Shown: positions 8,150-16,663 of the stretch, piece after piece
Numbering within the stretch: position 1 is the stretch's first letter
How the letters are laid out: each line of letters begins with the position of its first letter
Source: an uncultured Erysipelotrichaceae bacterium
GTDB lineage: Bacteria; Bacillota_I; Bacilli_A; Erysipelotrichales; Erysipelotrichaceae
Direction of reading: 5' to 3'
Assembly: GCA_942493105.1 (NCBI GenBank)
Contig: OW818668.1
Span: 270,001 to 302,000 of the forward strand
DNA length: 32,000 nt
The notes under the pieces: generated by a model
Told to the model about the DNA's origin: nothing
What the model saw: only the letters and a program-made list of their open reading frames with translations
The model's database searches: none
Position numbers and translations under genes: made by a program

Positions 8150-9437
8150 GATGACGAATGACCTCGAATCGCTGAAGAAGATAATCTTCATGGTCTGATA
8201 TTCCACCTTTTTGAAGGGCAATCGATATTTGTTGTTGAACTGATTCAACCCCATCAAGATCTGGAAGCAATAAACCTTTACGATGTCCTTTAGATACGAT
8301 GACACCATAACGTTTTGGATCTAATTGTTCTGGACCATCTATATTCTCAGCAGGTCCTAAGACATCAACATGTATTTCAAGTTGATCTAATTCATCACTC
8401 CTGATGGGACTAAAACGATAATCCTCTGTAGATGCCCAAATCGCACAGTTGATGATTTCCTGGGCAACATTTTGTTTGGTTGCACTGATGGTTCCAATGC
8501 AGCCTCTTAATCGGCCTTGTTTGTGAATCGAGACAAAGACTCCTGCTTTCTTATTTAGTAACTCTTTTGGAGTGTTGATGGGCACTTCAAGCACAACTTG
8601 ATCAAGGATGATGCTTCTTATGGCTTGTTTTGCCAAATCAACATACGCATCTTTCTTCGTGATAAAGGAAGCACAGGCATACCCTACCCCAAAGACATCT
8701 TCATATGACTCCAGTTTTGATGTATATTCTAATCCTTTTAAAACACCACTCATAATCAGTAGTGAACGAAAGCCGCATTCTGCCGCTTCATCACAGAGCT
8801 TTGAATCTAAATATGATAAACCTTCTAGATCTCCTTTACTTAATAAATCTGTGATCTCATGATCAAATCTTGGACCTGAAGGATGAAATCCATAAGGCCC
8901 ATCTACTTTTAATCGATGTGATAAATCTCCGCTTGCGATATAGACAATGCGTTTATTCAGTGTTTGGGCAAGGGATTGGATTTGATGGCCCAATTGAATG
9001 TGTGTTTGACGATCCAATCCAGAAAGTCCAAGTCTTACAAAAGTGAAGTCTTGTATTTCTTTGAGAATAAAACTAAGTGGAACTATGGTACCGTGATCTA
9101 AAGGAGTTGGGGTATTGATCCTTTTAACCCGATCATTGACTTTACATAGCGCTTCAATAAATTCGTGATCGCTCTTTATTTTTATGTGAATCTGTTTCGC
9201 TCCAAATTGAGCAAGATCACCTTCTTCACTTTCATTTGATGTGATAAAGAAATGATCACTTAAGAATGGAGCATGTGGTGAACTTAAAATGATGGTATCT
9301 GGTTTTAGTCGTCCGATCATTTTCGCAATCGCTTGGAAACTTTCAATGGTTTTATTTATGGTTTTTTCTTCGCCATGACCAATGTCATGGAGAATGATGG
9401 GAGGATGAGGCAATACAAAACACCCAATGATGCTCAT
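8142..9437 (-). CDS. fusion protein: class III extradiol dioxygenase (LigB)/Memo-like domain + AMMECR1 domain (AmmeMemoRadiSam system components B-like and A)
   Basis: N-terminal ~270 aa: FVLPHPPII...IILSSPHAP...PLDHGTIVPL...YIASGDLSHRL...FDHEITDLL are LigB/Memo-fold blocks. C-terminal ~170 aa: AGVFVSIHKQGRLRGCIGTI...STEDYRFSP...YGVIVSKGHRKGLLLPDL is a canonical AMMECR1 pattern. Confidence 0.8.
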   Translation of the reverse strand: MSIIGCFVLPHPPIILHDIGHGEEKTINKTIESFQAIAKMIGRLKPDTIILSSPHAPFLSDHFFITSNESEEGDLAQFGAKQIHIKIKSDHEFIEALCKVNDRVKRINTPTPLDHGTIVPLSFILKEIQDFTFVRLGLSGLDRQTHIQLGHQIQSLAQTLNKRIVYIASGDLSHRLKVDGPYGFHPSGPRFDHEITDLLSKGDLEGLSYLDSKLCDEAAECGFRSLLIMSGVLKGLEYTSKLESYEDVFGVGYACASFITKKDAYVDLAKQAIRSIILDQVVLEVPINTPKELLNKKAGVFVSIHKQGRLRGCIGTISATKQNVAQEIINCAIWASTEDYRFSPIRSDELDQLEIHVDVLGPAENIDGPEQLDPKRYGVIVSKGHRKGLLLPDLDGVESVQQQISIALQKGGISDHEDYLLQRFEVIRHHD

Positions 9438-9484
9438 AATGTTCTCCTTGCTTAAGATACTTTTAGTATAGACCTTTTTAAGAT

Positions 9485-9512
9485 AAAGAAAAACCCGTCT
9501 TAATTAACGGGT
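9485..9512 (-). terminator. rho-independent terminator after the GGDEF/HD-GYP gene
   Basis: ACCCGT (9493-9498) / 8-nt loop containing the TAA stop / ACGGGT (9507-9512). On the minus strand it is followed by TTTTTCTTT. Confidence 0.6.
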
Positions 9513-12064
9513 CTTTCGAGGAAACTATCGATGGTATATATATTAGTACGCGTTGGCTCAACGATGATCTTACCACTAGTGATGAGTTCAATGAAGATGT
9601 CAGTGAGTTCAGGATCAAACTGAGTTCCTGCATTTCGCTTGATTTCATTAAGTGCATAATCGATGTCTTGATTCATCTTATACTGACGATCTGAGGTAAT
9701 CGCATCGAAGGCATCTGCCAGAGCAATACATCTAGCACCGAAAGGAATACTTTCGCCAGCGATCTTACGGGGATAACCTTTTCCATCCCAACGTTCATGG
9801 TGACCAATAACACTTGGGATAACTTTAGAGAATGAAGGCAAATACTTTATGATGGTGATGGATAGATCCACATGTTTCTTCATGGTTTCATATTCATCTG
9901 TGGTTAAACGGCTTGTCTTAGTCAATACATTCTCAGGAACTCCAATTTTACCAATGTCATGAAGCAAAGAAGCCAGTCGTATGATTTCAACTTCAGAAGG
10001 TTTAGCGCCTGATGCTTCAGCAACAGCAGTGGCATATTTTGCAACACGTTGAGAGTGACCAAAAGTAACATGGTCTTTCGCATCGATGGTTGCAGTCAAG
10101 GCATAAACTGTAGCCAATTGATTTTCATCCAAAGCAATGCCTTCTTTAGAGTCTTCATTGATGGCTGAATTGAAGAGCACCGTCTTATTACGACCGCCTC
10201 GTTTAGCTTCAATCAAAGCCAAACCGGCATTCTTCAGCAACAATTTATCATCTGCAGCTTGCGAAGGATAGGTACATAATCCACAACTGACCGTCAGTTG
10301 TCGAGCTGGTTCATCAGGTGCAGAAACAGATGTTTGTTCAATGACGACACGTATCTTTTCCATGAGGTCATACGCTTTTTTAGTGTCTGTATTAGGTAAA
10401 ACCACCGCGAAGATATCTCCAACATAACGGCAAACTAAACCATTGTCTCCAACGACTTGCTTGATCTTAGCAGCAAGTTTTGTTAAAGCGGTATCTCCTG
10501 CATAGTGTCCATATAAATCATTGTATACATTAAACATGTCGATTCCAGTCAAAGCTAGAGATACATTATTGGTCTTGGATTGACTTGTGATACCTATCAA
10601 GTAATCCATGAAATAACGATGATTATAGGTATTGGTCAAAGCATCGATCGTGGCTTCTTCACGTGCTTTTTCAAACAAAATAGCATTAGCGATCGCAATA
10701 GAAGCAGTCATACATACCATGTTGATCTGATCTGTATGAGGAATATCACGAATGGAATGAGTATCTTTATGACACATCAAGACTAAACCAATCAGCTTTC
10801 CATTAGATTTCAATGGAACAGCAGTTTCAAACAAGATACCATTTAAAGCTCTGCGATCTTGGTCCCAAATGGTTTTAAAGAAGGCATTGGTATCAAGTGA
10901 TTTTCCATAGATCAATTCATCATATTGCTTAAACCACAACACAAACGGATGATTAACACTGATTTCAAATGAAACACTTTCTAGTTTACGAGACGAAGCA
11001 TAGAAAGCATAGTTCCCACTGACATCATCTTTTAAGAACAGATAGTTACGGGCATTACCACTCACATCAGATACAGCACTCATTAAACTATCGATGATCT
11101 TATTGAGTTCCAAGTTATTGGCAATCTGACGAGTAAAACTGGCAATACGTTCTTCTCTGACTTGTTCTTCTTTATAGAATATGTTGTTGACCAAAGTATA
11201 GATCACTTTAAACAAAGGTTGGAAGATCAACAAAGATACAAAGGTAACGATTAAGATAAACAAGTTGTTGTCTAGTCCAGTATTGAGTTGATTGAAGAAT
11301 GTAATCAAACCATTGACGGCAAAAATACTCCCAATGGTGATTGCAGTTAGTAACATGGTAAATATAACAGCTTTGGTGATAACAAACTTCAACTCAAGAA
11401 CACGGTTACGATAAATCGCATACATCATAAACAAGGATGCAATACTTCCCGCAAAGAAGTCAATAGGCCACTTCCCTATGACAGGTATTAAGTTAGCACC
11501 TATCCCAATGAAGATGATAAACAATGCGACCATGATGTTCTTTAGGCCACCCAAATATCTTGATTTACGATATTCTCGTTGCGCCAAGAACAAACAAGAC
11601 AACAATAAGGCGAAAATCAATACATAAGAGATATAGGCACCAATGCCCAAGGAATAGTTTAATTCAATAAAAGGTGACACTGGTATCTTGACCATGACTG
11701 CTGAGATGGTGGTAAAACCCATGATGTTGACGATTTGCATCGCAACTTCTAATATTCCCCACAATAATAATGAGAAATAACGCTTCATATGAATGAACAC
11801 GGTAAAGAAAATATAACCTGTGTACGGGATCATCATCAAAGCCGCAACCATTGTACGCTGCCAGAATAAGGTTCCTGGTGTTACATTAAGTTTCATCATC
11901 AAGGTTGAGAAGGACCATACAGTCATCGATGCCATCATCAGCATAAATGTTTTAATGGTCAAATCTTTTTTAGACAAAGCTAAAATAACGAAAATCGAGA
12001 ACGAGAAAATTAAGGATAGAATTGGGATACCCCAATAGATGGTCACATAGATTTGATCCATCAT
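9500..12064 (-). CDS. membrane sensor protein: multi-pass TM domain + GAF-like + degenerate GGDEF + HD-GYP (c-di-GMP phosphodiesterase type)
   Basis: About 290 aa of hydrophobic helices, then a GAF-like segment. The GGDEF-domain blocks are ALTNTYNHRYF, GIDMFNVYNDLYGHYAGD and RYVGDIFAVVLP, so the signature reads VGDIF instead of GGDEF. HD-GYP is intact: HDIGKIGVP and HHERWDGKGYP. Confidence 0.85.
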   Translation of the reverse strand: MMDQIYVTIYWGIPILSLIFSFSIFVILALSKKDLTIKTFMLMMASMTVWSFSTLMMKLNVTPGTLFWQRTMVAALMMIPYTGYIFFTVFIHMKRYFSLLLWGILEVAMQIVNIMGFTTISAVMVKIPVSPFIELNYSLGIGAYISYVLIFALLLSCLFLAQREYRKSRYLGGLKNIMVALFIIFIGIGANLIPVIGKWPIDFFAGSIASLFMMYAIYRNRVLELKFVITKAVIFTMLLTAITIGSIFAVNGLITFFNQLNTGLDNNLFILIVTFVSLLIFQPLFKVIYTLVNNIFYKEEQVREERIASFTRQIANNLELNKIIDSLMSAVSDVSGNARNYLFLKDDVSGNYAFYASSRKLESVSFEISVNHPFVLWFKQYDELIYGKSLDTNAFFKTIWDQDRRALNGILFETAVPLKSNGKLIGLVLMCHKDTHSIRDIPHTDQINMVCMTASIAIANAILFEKAREEATIDALTNTYNHRYFMDYLIGITSQSKTNNVSLALTGIDMFNVYNDLYGHYAGDTALTKLAAKIKQVVGDNGLVCRYVGDIFAVVLPNTDTKKAYDLMEKIRVVIEQTSVSAPDEPARQLTVSCGLCTYPSQAADDKLLLKNAGLALIEAKRGGRNKTVLFNSAINEDSKEGIALDENQLATVYALTATIDAKDHVTFGHSQRVAKYATAVAEASGAKPSEVEIIRLASLLHDIGKIGVPENVLTKTSRLTTDEYETMKKHVDLSITIIKYLPSFSKVIPSVIGHHERWDGKGYPRKIAGESIPFGARCIALADAFDAITSDRQYKMNQDIDYALNEIKRNAGTQFDPELTDIFIELITSGKIIVEPTRTNIYTIDSFLERPVN

Positions 12065-13671
12065 GAGCGTGATCCTTGTCCAAAAGCGAGTTTCATGACT
12101 TCAACTTCATCGAAATGGTTAGGGTTGACCTTTTGCATCGGATGAGAAATGGTTGCTTGATACTTTTCTAAAGTACCTGAAGGTATGATCGTTACTTTCA
12201 AGGGTTCAATCCCTAGCATTTTATATAGATTGGCGTAATCACTATCGATGTATTTAAAGTAGATTTCGAGTTGTTCTTTGATCAAATCCGCATTGTCAAT
12301 GCCAGGTTCATTTTGAGGATGATTGATTTCACAGGTCAAATTGATATATGGACGAGCTTGAGAGTCATAACATTTGCGCGCAAACCATGCATCGATGTGT
12401 AAATGAGATAAAGTAATGGCTTCACGAATCGTGGCTTCCGTAATACGGGTAAATCCTGCCAAATCAATGACTGGATCAACGCGATCAATATATCTAAAAT
12501 GTGGTAAGACGACCCCGTCGTTCTTTTGGGATCCAATTTCATACTTGAAGATATCACCTACACGATAACGCGCAAAAGCACCGCCCTTAAAGGTAGTAAT
12601 GACGAGTTCATAGTATTCGTCTTCTTTGATTTCATCTAAAGTATAGGTTTTACACTGATGATTAGGATTCTCTAGATTCTTGTAGAATTCACTCATCGGG
12701 ATAAATTCATAGAAGCATACATTAGGCAATAAAATCAAACCATCTTTGACCCAAGATTCAATCGCGATACAAGTGACTTCAGTTCCACCAAACACTTCTA
12801 GTGGACGAATGCCCCAGTATTGTTCAATTTTCTTTTTAAAATGTAAGGTATCTGTTCCTATACAAACAAAACCTTTAAGATTGAATACATCTTTTGGATA
12901 TACAGGACGATTTTGTGCTTTAGCAATCATTTTTGCTTTGGTATAAGTAGCTAAGCGACTTAGTTTAAAATTCCCAAGTTTAACTTTAGAAGAGCCCTTA
13001 TTGCCTTCTATGAATTGCTCACTCATCCTAACGATGACACTGGACAAACCATAAAAAAGATCAAGACCTTGTTGAAGACCCATCTTAAAGCCTTCTTTAT
13101 TACGCTGACTAAAGCCCATCGCATTGCCTTCTTTAGCCGGCGGAAAGAAATTGACACTGTACTCACCAGCCAAGACATCCGGTAATAAACCTGTAAGATA
13201 AGGTAGGGGGGCCATTCCATTCAAGAAATTCATACCGACCTGCAAATCAAATTGTCCTCTAGCTTTACTAGAAGCTAAAATGATACATGCTAAACAAGCA
13301 TCTTTATAGTTCTCTACCATGCCTTCAGAATACGGGGCGACTTTTACAGGCGCTTTTCCGCCTTCCCAAGTTGTTTCGATCCAAACAACAGGTTTAGCTG
13401 GTAGCATTTTTTCATCTTTACTCAACAAGATATCCGCATAATCATCATAATCCGTTAAAGGACACATCTGCCTGAATTCAGCGATGGTTCTAGGATGTTT
13501 TCCCTTTAAGATCTTCTTACCCAATTCACTCTTACTGAAAAGACCGATTTGTTCCATCAGTAAACTGTTTTGGATGTCCATGAATCCTTGGACCGACAAG
13601 TCTAAGAACCCGCAATAGCGAGCCCATATTTCATCATGTTTTTTGGCTTTCAACAACTCGTCAAAATTCAT
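12061..13671 (-). CDS. GH3-like / ANL-superfamily adenylate-forming enzyme (acyl-acid amido synthetase-like)
   Basis: 536 aa. The overall pattern recalls bacterial GH3 family proteins: N-terminal ...QNSLLMEQI...GKK...EFRQMCPLTDYDDY, a phosphate-loop position TTWEGGKAPVKVAP, then VFGGTE and RYRVGDIF. Family call made by eye only. ATGA overlaps at both ends. Confidence 0.5.
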   Translation of the reverse strand: MNFDELLKAKKHDEIWARYCGFLDLSVQGFMDIQNSLLMEQIGLFSKSELGKKILKGKHPRTIAEFRQMCPLTDYDDYADILLSKDEKMLPAKPVVWIETTWEGGKAPVKVAPYSEGMVENYKDACLACIILASSKARGQFDLQVGMNFLNGMAPLPYLTGLLPDVLAGEYSVNFFPPAKEGNAMGFSQRNKEGFKMGLQQGLDLFYGLSSVIVRMSEQFIEGNKGSSKVKLGNFKLSRLATYTKAKMIAKAQNRPVYPKDVFNLKGFVCIGTDTLHFKKKIEQYWGIRPLEVFGGTEVTCIAIESWVKDGLILLPNVCFYEFIPMSEFYKNLENPNHQCKTYTLDEIKEDEYYELVITTFKGGAFARYRVGDIFKYEIGSQKNDGVVLPHFRYIDRVDPVIDLAGFTRITEATIREAITLSHLHIDAWFARKCYDSQARPYINLTCEINHPQNEPGIDNADLIKEQLEIYFKYIDSDYANLYKMLGIEPLKVTIIPSGTLEKYQATISHPMQKVNPNHFDEVEVMKLAFGQGSRS

Positions 13672-14237
13672 GTTTTCTCTTTCCCCAGCGTACTGAAGGT
13701 CCTTCTAAGTTCTTTGGTTCCAAAAAACAGAAAGGGAGTCGTCTCCTTATATCGAGTATATCCTTGGAGTGTCTTGACGAAAAATACCTTATCTTGTACA
13801 TAAACATGCAGGATATCCATCAATGTCCAAACCATAGCGGCTACCAATAATGTTCCATTGCCTAAAGCTAAAGCTCCAAACAAGGTGGCCAGAAAGAAAC
13901 CCCAAACCCCAGGATGACGACAAAGTGCATAAAGACCAGTGGTCACGATCTGGGAAGTTTCTGTTGTTTTTACATAGGTCTTCCCAAAAGGCAAAGCGAA
14001 GAATAAAGCATAAACCATCTCTATCAAACCAAGTATGGAAATGATCCAAAACAGGGGTTGAGCATTAAAGGAAAATAAAGGCGTTTCATCGCTAATGATC
14101 AGAGCGGTCGCGATGATCAGGGTGATGATCCCAACTGCAAACAATCCATTCAAAAGAGGGTGAAGCATTTTAAGCTTATTGAAGTCAAACAAGGTCAATA
14201 TGAAGAAGGCAAAAACACCTAACAAAATTGGACTCAT
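13668..14237 (-). CDS. membrane methyltransferase family protein (isoprenylcysteine carboxyl / phospholipid methyltransferase-like)
   Basis: 189 aa with 4-5 TM helices. VTTGLYALCRHPGVWGFFLATL resembles the ICMT/PEMT motif (tsGxYxxxRHPxYxG). RBS GAGGGG lies upstream. Confidence 0.6.
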   Translation of the reverse strand: MSPILLGVFAFFILTLFDFNKLKMLHPLLNGLFAVGIITLIIATALIISDETPLFSFNAQPLFWIISILGLIEMVYALFFALPFGKTYVKTTETSQIVTTGLYALCRHPGVWGFFLATLFGALALGNGTLLVAAMVWTLMDILHVYVQDKVFFVKTLQGYTRYKETTPFLFFGTKELRRTFSTLGKEKT

Positions 14238-14444
14238 GAGTTCCCCTCAAAGTGTGTATTTTTATTATACACCCCTTCTGAAACACAATACAATAGGATT
14301 TTCATAACATTTACATCAAAAAACGCTTAATTTAAAAGAGATTATGAAGCTCTCATAGACAACGCTGATGATTGTGTCATATTTCATTGTCTTGATCAAT
14401 AAGAATTTGATCAAAGAGTCATAACACTTCATACGCAATCAGAC

Positions 14445-14483
14445 ATAAAAAACCCAGATCTTTCATCATCAGATTCTGGGTTT
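14445..14483 (-). terminator. rho-independent terminator after the flippase gene
   Basis: AAACCCAGATC (14450-14460) pairs imperfectly with GATTCTGGGTTT (14472-14483). On the minus strand it is followed by TTTTTTATG. Confidence 0.7.
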
Positions 14484-14488
14484 ATCGA

Positions 14489-16027
14489 TTAATGTTTCTT
14501 ACTTCTGATCCCAAAGATAGACAAGATATGTTTGCGTTCCTCATGGGTGAAATAAACGAAATAGATAAGTGCAACACTGGCTAATCCTAAGATACCACAT
14601 GAGATGATCAATTCAATCCATGTGGTCGGCATGAGGATCATACTCATCCCAAATCCAAAGGCAACCAAGGTTCCAAAGGTAATCAAACTACGAAACATGA
14701 TCGGAAAGAATGCAAACCTTGGCAGCTCTAAACAATAAGCGCCATAAGGCATTAAAAATACAAAGGGTAATAGTAATCCATAGAAGGTTGATACACCTGC
14801 AATAGCATAGATACCAAAATCAGTGAAATACAGAAATAATAAGGTCGTAATTGTAGAAATCGACCCATAGACCAAGGCAGCCAACGCATTTACTTTTAAA
14901 TGATTGGTCACTGTGAAAATTGAATTTAATGGAAACATCAAGCCATTCATAACCAAAACCAATGCGGTTGTCACAGACAAGACATAAATCAACTGGACGT
15001 CTTGAGCAGGTATCCATAGTTTATAGAAAGGGAGCCCATAAACAATCAAAATGACATTGGGCAACATGGTCACTGTTCCCAATACTTTGATCCCGCGTTT
15101 AACTTGAACAACCAAATGATTCATATTTCTTTGGGCATATAATTTCGTAAAGATCACGATAAATGATCCTGTCGCCAAAGACAAGAAACTCTGCATGGCT
15201 TTTGGCAAGATCTTTGCGATAGCCAATTGTCCCATAGCCAACTCAGATATAAAGGTGTTGGCAAATAACAAATCCAAGCCCACCAATAAGATCCCACTAA
15301 ATTGTTTGACCATGAAATAGAAACCTGTACTAATCAATTCCTTAAGTTTATCCATTTTGACATGTTTGATTCTGATTTCAACATAAGGTACAAATCGTTT
15401 CATCATGGCATAGTCATAAATCAAGGTCAAACCCGATATCACAACAGCTGAGATCCCCAAATAGTAGATTTTGGGTTCAAAGAAGATATATAAACTCAAT
15501 AAGAGCGTGGTTTCAAGAATAACCGCAAAAAAGTCGCGGATAGAAATAAGATATATCTTATTGACCATTTGAGTCCCTGTTCTAAAAATCAAGAAGAAAG
15601 TGTTAAAAACGAAGTTGATGAACAGTAAAACAAACAACAATTTAACATCATTGACAATAACTGGGTTGACCTTAATAAAATCTTGCAGACGATAAATCGC
15701 ATACGCTACTGGAATGATCAAAGAAATTAAGTAAATTAAGGTCGAGAAAAAAGAATTCGAATAAAAGGAATTCACATCTTCTTGTCTCTTTTGCGTATGC
15801 GCAATCATGACAAATCTGAATAATGTTCCAGCTGTCATAAAGGTGACAATGTCTAAATACGAGATAAAATTCTGACCTAAACCCATATATCCGTATGTCG
15901 CAGCACCTAAGGCTGTGACGATATAAGGGGTAAGAAAGAAATTGGCTCCTAGATTGATGGTATACGAGATAAATCTTGAGCCTATGTTGATGGCCAACAT
16001 GCGCTGTTCTGTCATTTTGAATTTCAT
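14489..16027 (-). CDS. MOP-superfamily oligosaccharide/polysaccharide flippase (Wzx/MurJ-like)
   Basis: 512 aa with about 14 predicted TM helices. Length and hydrophobic periodicity are typical of polysaccharide biosynthesis flippases. No specific family motif verified. Confidence 0.6.
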   Translation of the reverse strand: MKFKMTEQRMLAINIGSRFISYTINLGANFFLTPYIVTALGAATYGYMGLGQNFISYLDIVTFMTAGTLFRFVMIAHTQKRQEDVNSFYSNSFFSTLIYLISLIIPVAYAIYRLQDFIKVNPVIVNDVKLLFVLLFINFVFNTFFLIFRTGTQMVNKIYLISIRDFFAVILETTLLLSLYIFFEPKIYYLGISAVVISGLTLIYDYAMMKRFVPYVEIRIKHVKMDKLKELISTGFYFMVKQFSGILLVGLDLLFANTFISELAMGQLAIAKILPKAMQSFLSLATGSFIVIFTKLYAQRNMNHLVVQVKRGIKVLGTVTMLPNVILIVYGLPFYKLWIPAQDVQLIYVLSVTTALVLVMNGLMFPLNSIFTVTNHLKVNALAALVYGSISTITTLLFLYFTDFGIYAIAGVSTFYGLLLPFVFLMPYGAYCLELPRFAFFPIMFRSLITFGTLVAFGFGMSMILMPTTWIELIISCGILGLASVALIYFVYFTHEERKHILSIFGIRSKKH

Positions 16028-16124
16028 ACCACATTATTATAGCGTATAGAACTAAAATCAGCACACAACTCATGATAAACACGTGTGAAGAAATTGCTTT
16101 GATGATCATCGTGACCGATGAGTT

Positions 16125-16152
16125 TTTCAATTGGTGCTTTATCCTATATAAT
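16125..16152 (+). promoter_or_regulatory. putative sigma-A promoter of the lrp-aminotransferase operon
   Basis: TATAAT at 16147-16152 with TTTCAA at 16125-16130 (16-nt spacer), 26 nt upstream of the ATG at 16178. Confidence 0.35.
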
Positions 16153-16177
16153 ATAGACAGAATAAGTGAGGTCCAAA

Positions 16178-16663
16178 ATGGATAAGATCTTAAGTCTATT
16201 GAGAAATAATGCTCGTTTAAGTCATCGGGAATTAGGGGTCATGCTGGGCATCAGTGAAGCCGAAGCAGCTTCCAGAATCAAAAAGCTTGAAGAAGATGGT
16301 ATCATCAAAGGCTACTTAACGATATGTAATGAATCTAAGATCGAACAAGCACCTGTTCATGCGATGATCGAACTTAAAGTGGTGCCTATGAAAGAATTTG
16401 GCTTTCAAGATATCGCCAATCGGGTCGTGGCTTTAGAAGCCGTTGACAGTGTCTATCTTATGGCTGGAGATTATGATTTGGCCGTCTTCGTCAAAGGCAA
16501 GACAATGCAAGAAGTGGCTACCTTTGTCGCCAAACGTTTAGCGACTTTAGACTCTGTCATATCGACCAATACTCATTTTATCTTAAATAAATATAAGGAA
16601 GACGGCATCATCCTTGAAGATGGCAGTATTCAAGATATCCGTTCTACCCTAAAAAGCGAATGA
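16178..16663 (+). CDS. Lrp/AsnC family transcriptional regulator
   Basis: MDKILSLLRNNARLSHRELGVMLGISEAEAASRIKKLEEDGIIKGY is an HTH_AsnC type N-terminus followed by a RAM-like C-terminal domain. ATG 16178 sits 6 nt after AAGTGAGGT; the track start is GTG at 16166. Confidence 0.85.
   Translation: MDKILSLLRNNARLSHRELGVMLGISEAEAASRIKKLEEDGIIKGYLTICNESKIEQAPVHAMIELKVVPMKEFGFQDIANRVVALEAVDSVYLMAGDYDLAVFVKGKTMQEVATFVAKRLATLDSVISTNTHFILNKYKEDGIILEDGSIQDIRSTLKSE

Noticed and set aside
8150-8308. N-terminal extension of the radical SAM ORF
   Set aside because: It overlaps the 3' end of the upstream AMMECR1-fusion gene in another frame. The family-typical N-terminus (CxxCxHxCxL...) starts at the ATGs at 8149 and 8137.
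12336-14049. Small internal ORFs within the GH3-like and methyltransferase genes (12336-12557, 12746-12946, 13023-13220, 13789-14049, 13850-14044)
   Set aside because: All are nested in, or antisense to, longer ORFs with recognisable motifs and translational coupling. There is no independent support.
15672-16130. 152-aa minus-strand ORF overlapping the flippase 5' region
   Set aside because: It is an out-of-frame overlap with a long, coherent membrane-protein ORF. Its composition is odd (Cys/His/Arg-rich), which is typical of a shadow ORF.
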